From an uncultured Acidobacteriota bacterium (GTDB lineage Bacteria; Acidobacteriota; UBA6911; RPQK01; JAPXNP01): a DNA stretch of 64,000 nt. The notes below the pieces were generated by a model that did not search any database, was not told the origin of the DNA, and saw only the letters and a list, made by a program, of their open reading frames with translations. The stretch's first letter is position 1, and every line of letters begins with the position of its first letter. Position numbers and translations under genes: made by a program. This document shows positions 1-9,809 of this stretch, in pieces. Where the stretch lies: the NCBI GenBank assembly GCA_963777605.1, contig CAVZRV010000027.1, positions 512,001 through 576,000 on the forward strand, read 5' to 3'.

Positions 1-927
1 CACCGATCTTCCGGCCGCCGCGAATTCCTTCCAGATGAAGACGCCCCAAATCGCTGCGATCATCGTGGCCCCCTGTCCGAGACCGTAAGAGATAGCGAAC
101 CCGGCCTGACCCGAAGCGATGATGTTCAGCATCATGCCGACGCCCCAGATAGCGCCACCGAGGATACCGTAGAAATGAACTCCGGCACCGCCCTTCCGGT
201 AGCCATCAAAGCTGACCGGTTCTCCCGCGAAGGGCTTCTTCATGATGAGAGTATTGAAAACGAGGTTACTCACCAGCAGGCCGACCGAGAACAGAAAGAC
301 GGCCGAATATGGCCCCAGTTTCCCTGCCTCCAGGTTCTGAAAGTCAAGGGACATCGACTGGGCCACGAACCGGTAGAAGAACCCCATCAGGATGCCGCAG
401 GAAAGAGAGAGCATCAAGCCCCGCGTGGTGACGCCCCCAGAGTCACTCGAAACTCGCCTGTACGCCAACGCATCGAGAATGATGGCTGCCGCCACCAGCC
501 CGACTCCAAGAAACAATATGAATGCGTTTCCCACCGGGGCGGCGAGATAGTTCACCAGGACCCCGAGGACGAGGGCGATACCGATCCCGACCGGGAACGC
601 TACGGCCATCCCGGCGATCGCGATGGCTGCGACCAGGAGGATGTTCGCCGCATTGAAGACCACTCCGCCCAGAACTGCCGATCCCACGCTGGACCAGGCA
701 GCCTGGCCCAGATCGTCCAGGAACGGACGACCCGCTGTCCCGGCACTACCAAAGGTCAGCGCGGCGACCAGACTCAGCAGGAACACGCCAAACACGTAGT
801 CCCAGTAAAAGAGTTCAAAACGCCACTGCTTCCCGGTCAGTTTCTGGGTATTGGCCCAGGATCCCCAGCACAGCATGGTGACGACACAGCAGATCAGTGC
901 CACCCCATAGCTCTGGACTATGACCAT
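1..927 (-). CDS. GRP/DMT-family sugar transporter (RusT-like), truncated at window start
   Basis: Not in the ORF track because it runs off the window. The reverse strand from ATG at 927 (GGGGAG RBS) reads MVIVQSYGVALICCVVTMLCWGSWANTQKLTGKQWRFELFYWDY..., which carries the CWGSWANTQK..WRFELFYWDY signature, followed by many TM helices. Confidence 0.85.
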   Translation of the reverse strand, partial: MVIVQSYGVALICCVVTMLCWGSWANTQKLTGKQWRFELFYWDYVFGVFLLSLVAALTFGSAGTAGRPFLDDLGQAAWSSVGSAVLGGVVFNAANILLVAAIAIAGMAVAFPVGIGIALVLGVLVNYLAAPVGNAFILFLGVGLVAAAIILDALAYRRVSSDSGGVTTRGLMLSLSCGILMGFFYRFVAQSMSLDFQNLEAGKLGPYSAVFLFSVGLLVSNLVFNTLIMKKPFAGEPVSFDGYRKGGAGVHFYGILGGAIWGVGMMLNIIASGQAGFAISYGLGQGATMIAAIWGVFIWKEFAAAGRSV

Positions 928-942
928 AAGACCGCTCCCCTC

Positions 943-2511
943 TCACCGGAATACAACGAGATCGTTGAGCACAACCCGACTCCCCGCCGAGTCTCCATAC
1001 GGCTCACCCAGGACCTCGATTCTCACCGTGTGGGCGCCCAACGGAAGCCCAAACATGTGCCAGACCGATTCCCCACCCTTGGACGCCTCTTCATCAGAGT
1101 AAACGTCAACCGTACTGTCCAGCGCCCCGTCCAGGTAGACATTCACCTGTCCACCGTCGGGCAGATAGGGCCCCACTACGATCACTCCCGTCCCTTCGAA
1201 CGCGATCTCGCCCGCGGCTCCCTGGTTGTCCGACTCGCGCTGCGGAGCCGATTCCCCCTTTGGGTCCTTCTTCATTCGAGACCACTTGCCCGACCACTTC
1301 CAACGTTTGTCGGTCACAGGGATCCGCTCGACCGGAGAACCGTAGTCGTCCCAGACCGCGAGCGGCGCCGCCTGCGGATACTGCTTCTGAATCAGAAGGT
1401 TGTCGTCCTCCAGGCGTCCTCCATTGCGTTCTACCTGTTTCACGACCCGGTTCAAGGTGCTGTGAACGATGTCTTCAAAAGAATAGTCCGTGTAAGAAAA
1501 CTTTTGGTCGCCGATTTGGCTGAGCCCGCGCTTCCACTTCTCGGGGATCTGGTCGAATCCCACCATCACACCCAGAATTCCCGCTGCATTCGACGGATTG
1601 CAGTCTGAATCCTGACCAGAACGGGTAGCAATCTCCATCGTCCGCCCAAAGTCACTCTCCCCGTGAAGCAAACCCAGGGCGATATACGCACCATTGAGTT
1701 TGGCGTCGATGTTGAACGGCGTCAGAGCGCCTGAGGGACAAGGATCGCGTCGATCCCACTTGTCTTCGACCAGTCGCCAGACTCGCTGCCAATCACCCTG
1801 ATACTGTTCGGACCAGGAGAGGACATCAGCGATCACCTGGGCGTAAGGGCTTTCCGGCGGCAAACAGGCGAGGCCGGCCTCCACGACCCTTCCCGGGTCA
1901 TCATCAAAGAAGGCCGCGGCATACATCCCGGACACAAACATGCCGCCGTATATACCGTCGCCAAAGTTCATCACCCTGCCCACCCGTTCGCAGAGTTCGT
2001 TGGAAGCGACCGGCATTCCTGGACTCATCAGGCCGATAAAGTCCGCCTCGATCTGGAAATCGATGTCATTGGCGTGTGCATTGTGGGCAGGAGTGCCGGA
2101 CGCCTCCGCAGATACACCTCGCCGGAGGGCACGTCTCGCACCCAGATTGGCATGCCATAGGGCGTATCTGGAATCCCGGAACATTGCCCCAAAGTCCGCA
2201 GTTGTCGCGTCCAGACCTTTCTCATCGAGCACCTGGGCAAATGTCATCTCCACGTAAAGGTCATCCTGGTGTATCGAATTACGAAGTCGTTCATCCGACC
2301 AGGCAGGCAGTTCATCATCGGGAATGATCTTTCCCTGGTAACGAAACTCAGTGGGAGCTCCGTAGCTGACACCGATCATCTGACCTGCCCAGCCTCCCCT
2401 AACCCGGTTCTCCAGGTCTGCCATCGAAATCTCGGTCAGGCCGGACGGGCGGCTGCAGGCCCCCCAGCCCAGGCCCAACAGCAACAGGCCCACAGCAATC
2501 CTTTTGTCCAT
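943..2511 (-). CDS. ADP-ribosylglycohydrolase-family lipoprotein (RusGH-like) with a C-terminal beta-sandwich
   Basis: ORF 943..2526; start at 2511 (MDKRIAVGLLLLGLGWGAC, lipoprotein-like signal). Motifs GGWAGQMIGVSYGAPTEF, QDDLYVE, DIDFQIEADFIG and GQDSDCNPSNAAG. Confidence 0.85.
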   Translation of the reverse strand: MDKRIAVGLLLLGLGWGACSRPSGLTEISMADLENRVRGGWAGQMIGVSYGAPTEFRYQGKIIPDDELPAWSDERLRNSIHQDDLYVEMTFAQVLDEKGLDATTADFGAMFRDSRYALWHANLGARRALRRGVSAEASGTPAHNAHANDIDFQIEADFIGLMSPGMPVASNELCERVGRVMNFGDGIYGGMFVSGMYAAAFFDDDPGRVVEAGLACLPPESPYAQVIADVLSWSEQYQGDWQRVWRLVEDKWDRRDPCPSGALTPFNIDAKLNGAYIALGLLHGESDFGRTMEIATRSGQDSDCNPSNAAGILGVMVGFDQIPEKWKRGLSQIGDQKFSYTDYSFEDIVHSTLNRVVKQVERNGGRLEDDNLLIQKQYPQAAPLAVWDDYGSPVERIPVTDKRWKWSGKWSRMKKDPKGESAPQRESDNQGAAGEIAFEGTGVIVVGPYLPDGGQVNVYLDGALDSTVDVYSDEEASKGGESVWHMFGLPLGAHTVRIEVLGEPYGDSAGSRVVLNDLVVFR

Positions 2512-2603
2512 CAGGCTCCCTTTCACGTGTATGGGGTTTATAGCACACCCACTTCAGCGCCGAAAGCGGTTCAGCAACCGGCAAATTCAGCCTTCTGCAC
2601 CTC

Positions 2604-3503
2604 TCAGTCGCCGAAGAAACCGTCTGCGTCGAGACGGGCGAATCCGATCACCACACAACCGGTAGCAAAGGCCCAGAAGAGGATCGTGATGGAAACAAAG
2701 AACGGTCCGTATATCGCCTCCATGGACCAGGATCCCGCCAACCTTCGAAAGAACTCGTTTATCCCCAGCCAGAAGAAAGAGGCAACGATGCTGGTCCGAA
2801 AGACGCTGCGAAAGGGCCGCCGGCTGGAAGGCAGCCACAAGTAGACATTGCCGAAAAGGGCCAGGGCCAACAAATATGAAATCAGGTAGGCAGTGCCGCC
2901 GCCAACCCACTCTGCGGGGACTCGGGCGAGTTGGAGAGAGCCCGCAGACCGGAGCCAGTTCGACAGGGAAATTGACCCCAGAGCGAGTGCCCCAACAAGG
3001 AAAACCATGCCGATTCCGAGCAGTTGTGATCGAAGGAAACTGCGCGGGCGCCGCGCTCGAAATGCCGAGTCGAGAGAGGCTTGCAGCGAGAAAAAGAAGG
3101 CAGAGCCGGTCCAGGCAAAAAGCAGGAGCGAAATCACTTGGGGACGCCCAAGCTCACTCGTGTAAATGCGCATGTTGCGGACGATGAAATCCTGTGAAAT
3201 CGGGAAGAACTTCTGCAGCGACAGGAGGACCGCCTCCCGGAGGTTGGTCCAGTCAAGATAGTTCGCTGCACTCAGCAGAAGAACGATAATCGGAAACACC
3301 GACAGAAAGAAGTTGAACGTGATGGAGGAAACCAGGACCGCCCCTTCACGTCCGAAAAGGTAGATCAGCGCGTCGGCAAAAGTCCGCAACTTGCAGCCCC
3401 ACCAGTCAACCGAAAAAATACGGAGTTTGCTCGTGCGCGGCACTACCCTGCGGTGACGTCCGGAAAGATTCAGAAACTGGCTGTTCAACTTGGTACGTTT
3501 CAT
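2604..3503 (-). CDS. YihY/virulence factor BrkB-family membrane protein
   Basis: SITFNFFLSVFP, LFAWTGSAFFFSLQASLD, YLWLP and IYGPFFVSITILFW motifs; about 6 TM helices. Start uncertain (ORF extends to 3626). Confidence 0.75.
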   Translation of the reverse strand: MKRTKLNSQFLNLSGRHRRVVPRTSKLRIFSVDWWGCKLRTFADALIYLFGREGAVLVSSITFNFFLSVFPIIVLLLSAANYLDWTNLREAVLLSLQKFFPISQDFIVRNMRIYTSELGRPQVISLLLFAWTGSAFFFSLQASLDSAFRARRPRSFLRSQLLGIGMVFLVGALALGSISLSNWLRSAGSLQLARVPAEWVGGGTAYLISYLLALALFGNVYLWLPSSRRPFRSVFRTSIVASFFWLGINEFFRRLAGSWSMEAIYGPFFVSITILFWAFATGCVVIGFARLDADGFFGD

Positions 3504-3631
3504 ATCCACAGTTCGCGATGAGAATCGGCATCGCGGGTGAGGCCCGTCACCTCCTAATGTTCCCATCCAAAAGCATAATGCAATCGCTCTGGAAAAAAAC
3601 CCAACCGGGGCGGATGTTGAGGACACATTTG

Positions 3632-3985
3632 ATGAAAACTATCCTGTTGATTGAAGGCGACGATTCGCTTCGCCGTCGCTTCCGCAAGTTCCTTGAGTTC
3701 GAAGGCTTCCGTGTCATTGCTCAGCAAAGCACGCAGGCTGCACGAGACTTTCTCCAGGACCAACCGACCGAAATCGATCTGGTAATCGTCGGACTCGGAC
3801 AAAACAACTCTGGTAACCTGGATATTCTCCTCGACCAACTCGAGAATACGAGGGTCCTCCTGACTGCGACAGGCGAATGCCCGGTCTTGGAAGCCCCCTA
3901 TCCTTGCCTTTCCAAGCCGGTACCGCCGGAACGGCTGGTGTCGAAGGCTCATCAATTGCTCTTTCACCGAGACGAACCAGACTAG
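3632..3985 (+). CDS. Stand-alone receiver-like (pseudo-receiver) protein
   Basis: MKTILLIEGDDSLRRRFRKFLEFEGFRV...IDLVIVG...VLLTATG...LSKPV matches the receiver fold, but Gly sits at the phosphoacceptor Asp position. Confidence 0.7.
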   Translation: MKTILLIEGDDSLRRRFRKFLEFEGFRVIAQQSTQAARDFLQDQPTEIDLVIVGLGQNNSGNLDILLDQLENTRVLLTATGECPVLEAPYPCLSKPVPPERLVSKAHQLLFHRDEPD

Positions 3986-4104
3986 TGTCATGTTCCTTAA
4001 TTCTCCCCACCCGTGTCATACTTTGGAGCAACGAGGTATGGGAACCGGCTCCGGGCGGAACAAATCCGGCCATCCGGTGTCTCTTATAAGTAGACAACAG
4101 GGTC

Positions 4105-4365
4105 ATGGCAGATTACTTGTTCCGTTTTGCAGCGCTTTTTTGTTTTTCTGCGGCTTCGTTCGGGTTTATCTACTTCAAGTGGCGGTACTCCCGTCGCTCC
4201 AGGGTTCGCGTTTGGGGTATTCGTATCTGCCATGGACTCGGTTTCATCGGACTGCTCATGCAGGCCCTCTGGGCTGGAGGGCCCAACCAGATTACCTGGT
4301 CGATTCTGATCGCGCTCTCGGTCTCCCTCTTCGGCTTCGAACTTTCTGAACGGCTACTTGACTGA
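4105..4365 (+). CDS. Small hypothetical membrane protein (3 TM)
   Basis: 86-aa ORF with three hydrophobic segments, filling the gap between neighbours. Confidence 0.55.
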   Translation: MADYLFRFAALFCFSAASFGFIYFKWRYSRRSRVRVWGIRICHGLGFIGLLMQALWAGGPNQITWSILIALSVSLFGFELSERLLD

Positions 4366-4397
4366 ACCTCCCTTTCTTCACGCCTGAAGAGGGGGTT
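4365..4397 (+). terminator. Stem-loop directly after the small membrane gene (possible terminator)
   Basis: aacctccctttcttca-cgcc-tgaagagggggtt imperfect hairpin; no clear U-tract. Confidence 0.35.
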
Positions 4398-4451
4398 GGT
4401 TGCCGGATTGTTGTGGTAACATCGACCCGGCCTTTCGGAGAGGAACAAACC

Positions 4452-5927
4452 ATGAGTGAAGACCAGGTTCTGACCGGGTTGTCGAGACTGAGACGAGAAC
4501 TTGCGCAGCTCAAGTCGCACCTCCTGGAGATTGAAGAGTACGTAGAAAGACTGGAAGCTGAGCCCCCTGTCCAGGAGGCGGCCCCTTCTGTTCCTGCTCC
4601 CACTCCGCTTTCCTTGAACGGCGTCGCGGAGTTCGCCGCCAAGGCGGAGCAGGCTACCAATCAGGAGGGCATTCTTGCCTCTCTGCTGGAGGCGGCCGGA
4701 GGACTGTGCGGAAACGCCCTCCTGTTCGCAGAGAACGAAGTCGGCGGATACTCCCCGTGGAATTCCTGCGGATTTGACTCAACTGGCTGGCAGAAGGTAC
4801 TGATCCGCCAAGACGATCCCGTCGCCCATGGAGCCCGTGACCAGCGCATACTCACCTTCGATCGGGAGCGGGAAGACTTGCCCGATTCCCTCGGCGCACT
4901 CGACGGTGGCGGAAAAGCGGCGTCCATTCCGTTGGTTTTTGGAGATCGCGTTCCTGTAATTCTGTATGTCGCGTCGCCCGCCGAGTTGGACCTGGATTCC
5001 CTGCGGCTGCTGGTGGAACTCGCCCGCCTCTACATCCAAAATCAGTTTCTGAGTAACCTGGAAGGTGACGAACTGGCCACTGCTCAATTCACGTCGCGCT
5101 GGCCGACTCTCGAGTCACTGACTCCCACGGCCGCCAAGTCGGAAGAGCAGCTTCCCGAGCCCAAACCGACAGGTGCAGAAACCCTGCCAGAGCTGACTGA
5201 TGCGCCTGCCCCGGCCATGGGATTGGAAACCATCCCGTCCGAGGGGATGACTTCACCTTCAACAGTTGAGACCGGGGCGACGGAAGCCGACGCAGAACCA
5301 GTTCCGGAAGGTGTCTTCAAACCGTCGGAGCCCCCTCCGGCCCCGGAGGTCGAAAGCCAGGACCAGCCGGCAGAGGCTTCCGCCGAAGACACCTACCAAT
5401 TGGATGACTTCCCGGAAGTGAGACCTGAAGAACTGGGGATGTCGAACGCGGAATTTTCCCGCCTCATGGGAAAGGCTTCGAGCGCCTGGAACTCTTCCGA
5501 GGAACCGTCCCAGGCTGAAGCACTGCACGACCAGGAAGTTTCCATCACTGAGCAGGTCTCGGAACAGGCCGAGGAAAGCGGCGAAGATCAAGCCGTTCCC
5601 GAAACGCACGAGTTGCCCCCTCACACTCCCGTTCAGGAGGAGGAGGTCATGCACGCCGAGGCACGCCGGTTCGCCCGCTTGCTGGTTGCGGAGATCAAGC
5701 TCTACAACGAAGATGGAGTCCAGGAAGGTCGTGTTTCGTCCGACCTCTATCGCCGACTTAAAGCCGATATCGATCGCAGCCGGGAGATGTACGAGAAACG
5801 GGTTGCCCCCACCGTCCGCGATTCAGAGGACTACTTCCATTCCGAGATGATTCGCGTCTTGGCTCAGGAAGATCCCCAACTGATGGGAATCGACTATCCC
5901 GGACCCCGGATTGGCCCGGCATCCTGA
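4452..5927 (+). CDS. Coiled coil + GAF-like domain + acidic linker + conserved C-terminal helical domain
   Basis: ATG at 4452 after GAGGA. GAF-like segment SIPLVFGDRVPVILYV; Glu/Pro-rich linker; C-terminal HAEARRFARLLVAEIKLYNE...DIDRSREMYEKRV...DYFHSE. Confidence 0.75.
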   Translation: MSEDQVLTGLSRLRRELAQLKSHLLEIEEYVERLEAEPPVQEAAPSVPAPTPLSLNGVAEFAAKAEQATNQEGILASLLEAAGGLCGNALLFAENEVGGYSPWNSCGFDSTGWQKVLIRQDDPVAHGARDQRILTFDREREDLPDSLGALDGGGKAASIPLVFGDRVPVILYVASPAELDLDSLRLLVELARLYIQNQFLSNLEGDELATAQFTSRWPTLESLTPTAAKSEEQLPEPKPTGAETLPELTDAPAPAMGLETIPSEGMTSPSTVETGATEADAEPVPEGVFKPSEPPPAPEVESQDQPAEASAEDTYQLDDFPEVRPEELGMSNAEFSRLMGKASSAWNSSEEPSQAEALHDQEVSITEQVSEQAEESGEDQAVPETHELPPHTPVQEEEVMHAEARRFARLLVAEIKLYNEDGVQEGRVSSDLYRRLKADIDRSREMYEKRVAPTVRDSEDYFHSEMIRVLAQEDPQLMGIDYPGPRIGPAS

Positions 5928-5992
5928 TCGCGGGATTCCCGGGCGTCAGCATCTCCACATCTTGAGCTCCCAAGATTGCGAGGAATATAGAA

Positions 5993-7186
5993 TTGCAGCA
6001 GCGGCGCATTTCCTCAAAAGCGTTACGATTTACCGAGTCGGTGATCCGGGAAATGACCCGCCTGGCCGACCAACACGGGGCTATCAATCTCGCCCAGGGG
6101 TTCCCGAACTTCCCTGCCCCAGGATTCGTCAAGGAAGCCGCAGTCCAAGCGATCGAAGGGGACTTCAATCAGTATGCGGTGACTTGGGGCTCTCCACGCC
6201 TTCGCCGGGCGATCGCCCGCAAGTACCGCCGCCACTATGGATGGGAGATCGATCCCGATCGTCATGTGACGGTCTGTTGCGGGGCTACCGAATGCATGGT
6301 GGCGTCCATCCTGGCGGTCGTCGATTCCGGTGAACAGGTTCTCGTATTCGAACCGTTCTACGAAAACTACGGGCCCGACACGATTATCGCCGGGGCCTCC
6401 CCGGTCTTCGTGCCGCTCCATCCGGAACGCGACTGGGCGTTCGACCCGGCCGAACTCGAACGCGCAGTCGTCGATGCCGAGGCCCGGGGCGGGATCAGGG
6501 CGTTAATTCTGAATTCTCCCAACAACCCAACCGGCCGTGTTCTGAGTGTTGAAGAACTGGATTGTATTGCCGGCCTCGCCCGAAAGCACAATTTTTACGT
6601 AATCACGGACGAAATCTACGAGCATATAGTCTATGACGGCCGTCGCCACGAACCGATCGCCCGGCAGCCTGGAATGGCGGATCGGACCATTACGATCAGC
6701 GGGATGTCGAAGACATTCAGCGTGACCGGCTGGAGAATCGGCTATGTGATCGCCCCCCCGGATCTTTCCGATGCCATCCGCAAAATGCACGATTTCCTCA
6801 CTGTAGGGGCAGCAGCGCCCTTGCAGGAAGCCGCCGCGGCGATCCTCGACTGCCCGGACTCCTACTACGCGGAACTGGCCGAGAACTACCGCAGCCGGAG
6901 GGATTACCTGCTTCGGGTGCTGTCAGAGGCAGGATTCAAGCCCTGGAAGCCTTCCGGTGCCTACTACATCATTGCCGACATTTCCGGCCTGACCAGCGAA
7001 TCGGATGTCCACTTCGTGAGCCGGTTGATAAAGGAAGCCGGGATCGCGGTCGTGCCAGGAAGCAGTTTCTTCAGCCGGCCCGAAAAGGGCCGGCACCTGG
7101 TTCGCTTCGCCTTCTGCAAGACGCTCGATCTGCTGGAATCTGCCGGAGAACGCCTGCTTCGTTTCACGTCCGGCTTAAAGGGGTAA
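5993..7186 (+). CDS. PLP-dependent class I/II aminotransferase
   Basis: INLAQGFP, NSPNNPTG, DEIYEH, SKTFSVTGWRIGY (PLP Lys) and VRFAFCK. Confidence 0.93.
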   Translation: MQQRRISSKALRFTESVIREMTRLADQHGAINLAQGFPNFPAPGFVKEAAVQAIEGDFNQYAVTWGSPRLRRAIARKYRRHYGWEIDPDRHVTVCCGATECMVASILAVVDSGEQVLVFEPFYENYGPDTIIAGASPVFVPLHPERDWAFDPAELERAVVDAEARGGIRALILNSPNNPTGRVLSVEELDCIAGLARKHNFYVITDEIYEHIVYDGRRHEPIARQPGMADRTITISGMSKTFSVTGWRIGYVIAPPDLSDAIRKMHDFLTVGAAAPLQEAAAAILDCPDSYYAELAENYRSRRDYLLRVLSEAGFKPWKPSGAYYIIADISGLTSESDVHFVSRLIKEAGIAVVPGSSFFSRPEKGRHLVRFAFCKTLDLLESAGERLLRFTSGLKG

Positions 7187-7241
7187 AACCCGACCCGAAT
7201 CGCCAGATTGCAGGTCGTCGCCCGAACGGTTCTCGTCCGTC

Positions 7242-8279
7242 TCAGTCTCCAAGCGACTTCCAGTAAACGGAGAATTGTCGCCGGGCCCGGGCGACATACA
7301 AATCGAAGTCACCAAGGTTGTTGGGTTCGAACGGGATCTCCTTCGGGGCCAGGGCTGCGTTGATCGAAGCCTGCACGCTCCCGGAAAGGGCTTCGAGGTC
7401 GTATCCCCCTTCCAGGCAGAACAGGATCCTGCCCCGGCACACTTCCAGCGCCACCGAAACCAGCGCCGAACTCAACGCCCCGAACCCGGACTCGGTCATC
7501 TTCATTCCCGCCAGTGGATCCCGGGCATGGGCATCGTATCCGGCCGAGACAATAACCAGGTGCGGCTCGTATTCTTCCAGGATCGGAATCACCAGTTCCT
7601 GATAGAGGGCAACCATGAAGGAATCGTCCCGCCCGGGAGGAAGAGGCAGGTTTACCGTGTAACCCTCTCCCGGACCGGCGCCGACTTCCTCCATCCGGCC
7701 GGTTCCCGGGAAAAGGGGGTGCTGATGACTCGAAATGTAGAGAACGTCGCCACTTCGCCAGAAGATGTCCTGGGTTCCATTCCCGTGGTGGACGTCAAAA
7801 TCAACGATTGCCACTCGTTCCGCCATCCCCGAATCCCGCGCCCACTGGGCGGCTACGGCAACGTTGTTGAACAGGCAGAATCCCATGGCGCGACTCCGCT
7901 CGGCGTGGTGACCGGGCGGCCGAACGAGGGCGAAACCCGACCGAATCCGGCCTCCCCTCATCTCGCTGAGTATGCCGACCCCGGTGCCTGCCGCGACGCA
8001 GGCCGTATCGAACGATCTCGGTCCCGCGTAGGTGTCCGGGTCCAGCATGGTGAGTTCTTGACCGCGTGTCGCTTGAATCAACCGGTAGTGGGCCTGATCG
8101 TGAACCCGCTCAATCCACTCCTGCTCTGCTCTCAGAGTGGGGAGGCGGAATACACCCATGGGTTCGGCGGCGAGCGTCTTCTGCAATGCCTGAAGTCGCT
8201 CGATCCTCTCCGGGTGGCCGGGGGGATTTTGGTGTTCCAGGAAGACCTCGTCAAGAACGAGCCCAATCCCTTCAGCCAT
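7242..8279 (-). CDS. Histone deacetylase-family (Zn-dependent) deacetylase
   Basis: HPERIERL, RPPGHHA, GFCLFNNVA, DFDVHHGNGTQ, SAGYDAH and LEGGY. Confidence 0.95.
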   Translation of the reverse strand: MAEGIGLVLDEVFLEHQNPPGHPERIERLQALQKTLAAEPMGVFRLPTLRAEQEWIERVHDQAHYRLIQATRGQELTMLDPDTYAGPRSFDTACVAAGTGVGILSEMRGGRIRSGFALVRPPGHHAERSRAMGFCLFNNVAVAAQWARDSGMAERVAIVDFDVHHGNGTQDIFWRSGDVLYISSHQHPLFPGTGRMEEVGAGPGEGYTVNLPLPPGRDDSFMVALYQELVIPILEEYEPHLVIVSAGYDAHARDPLAGMKMTESGFGALSSALVSVALEVCRGRILFCLEGGYDLEALSGSVQASINAALAPKEIPFEPNNLGDFDLYVARARRQFSVYWKSLGD

Positions 8280-8299
8280 GGCGCATCTCCTGTCGTTTG

Positions 8300-9781
8300 T
8301 CAGGGAAGCGAAGTGGTGCCCATCAGGAAACGGTCACATTCCCGGGCGGCTTCCCGGCCCTCTCGAATTGCCCAGACAATCAGGCTTTGCCCGCGACGGG
8401 CATCTCCCGCCGCAAAAACGCCGGGCACGGAGGTCTGGTATTGTCCGAATTCGGCCGCAACGTTACTCCTCTGGTCAACATTGACGTTGAGACTCTCGAG
8501 CAGTCCCTGTTCGGGCCCGAGGAATCCCATCGCCAGCAGGACCAATTGGGCGGGGAACACTCTCTCGGTCCCGGGCACTGGCCGGGGAATCATCCGACCA
8601 TTGTCCCGTACCCACTCGATACCAATAGTATGCAGTGCTTTGACCCGACCGTCCTGGTCTTCCACTAACTTCTGCGTCATCACCGCAAATTCTCTCGGAT
8701 CCTTCCCGAAGAGGGCGCGGGCTTCCTCCTGGCCATAATCGACTCGGAAGATCCGGGGCCATTGCGGCCAGGGATTGTCCGGCACGCGGGAATCGGGTGG
8801 GCGAGAGAGAATCTCCAATTGAACAATGCTTCGGCACCCGTGACGAATCGAAGTCCCCACGCAATCGGTGCCGGTGTCCCCTCCCCCGATAACGATCACA
8901 TCCTTGCCTTGCGCCGAAATGAAATTGCCGTCTTCGTGGCCGGAGTGGAGCAGGCTACGGGTATTCGCCGAGAGAAACTCCATCGCGAAGTGGATTCCAT
9001 GGAGGTTCCGACCTTCAATCGGAAGATCTCGTGGGCGAGTGGCACCGGTACAGAGAATCACGGCGTCGAATTCCTTCGCCAACCGGGCAGACGAGTAATC
9101 GGTTCCGACCGAGACCCCGGTCCTGAATTCGACTCCTTCGTCTGCCATCAGATCGACCCGTCTCTGGACAAAACGCTTGTCCAGTTTCATGTTCGGAATC
9201 CCGTAAACGAGCAATCCACCGATCCGGTCATCCCGCTCGAAAACCGTCACCTGATGGCCCACCTTGTTCAACTGATCGGCTGCGGCCAGACCGGCCGGTC
9301 CGGAACCGACTACCGCAACCCGCTTTCCCGTCCGAGTTGCCGGAGGATTCGGCTTGATCCAGCCCTCCTCGAACGCCCGGTCAACGATGGCACATTCAAT
9401 CATCTTGATCGTGACCGGTGGCTCGTTGATTCCCAGGACACAGGAAGCTTCACAGGGCGCCGGGCAGACTCTCCCGGTGAACTCGGGAAAATTGTTCGTC
9501 TTGCTGAGGCGATCGTATGCCTCTTTCCAGAGTCCTCTATAGACGAGGTCATTCCACTCCGGGATCAGGTTGTTGACGGGGCATCCCGTGGACTGCCCAT
9601 CAATGTCGCCTCCCACATGACAGAAGGGGACTCCGCAGTCCATGCAGCGGGCCCCTTGCCGCTGGAGCCTGTCGTCTCCCGGCCATGTATAGTACTCGTT
9701 CCAGTCCGTGGCACGCTCTTTGGGAGCACGGGAAGGTCCCGATTCGCGTTCAAACTCCATGAAACCTGTTGGTTTCGCCAT
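8300..9781 (-). CDS. gltD: Glutamate synthase small subunit
   Basis: [43 protein letters not shown] and [18 protein letters not shown]; adjacent to gltB. Confidence 0.97.
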   Translation of the reverse strand: MAKPTGFMEFERESGPSRAPKERATDWNEYYTWPGDDRLQRQGARCMDCGVPFCHVGGDIDGQSTGCPVNNLIPEWNDLVYRGLWKEAYDRLSKTNNFPEFTGRVCPAPCEASCVLGINEPPVTIKMIECAIVDRAFEEGWIKPNPPATRTGKRVAVVGSGPAGLAAADQLNKVGHQVTVFERDDRIGGLLVYGIPNMKLDKRFVQRRVDLMADEGVEFRTGVSVGTDYSSARLAKEFDAVILCTGATRPRDLPIEGRNLHGIHFAMEFLSANTRSLLHSGHEDGNFISAQGKDVIVIGGGDTGTDCVGTSIRHGCRSIVQLEILSRPPDSRVPDNPWPQWPRIFRVDYGQEEARALFGKDPREFAVMTQKLVEDQDGRVKALHTIGIEWVRDNGRMIPRPVPGTERVFPAQLVLLAMGFLGPEQGLLESLNVNVDQRSNVAAEFGQYQTSVPGVFAAGDARRGQSLIVWAIREGREAARECDRFLMGTTSLP

Positions 9782-9809
9782 ACCTCTATTCCTCTAAAAC
9801 CCGGCCGGG

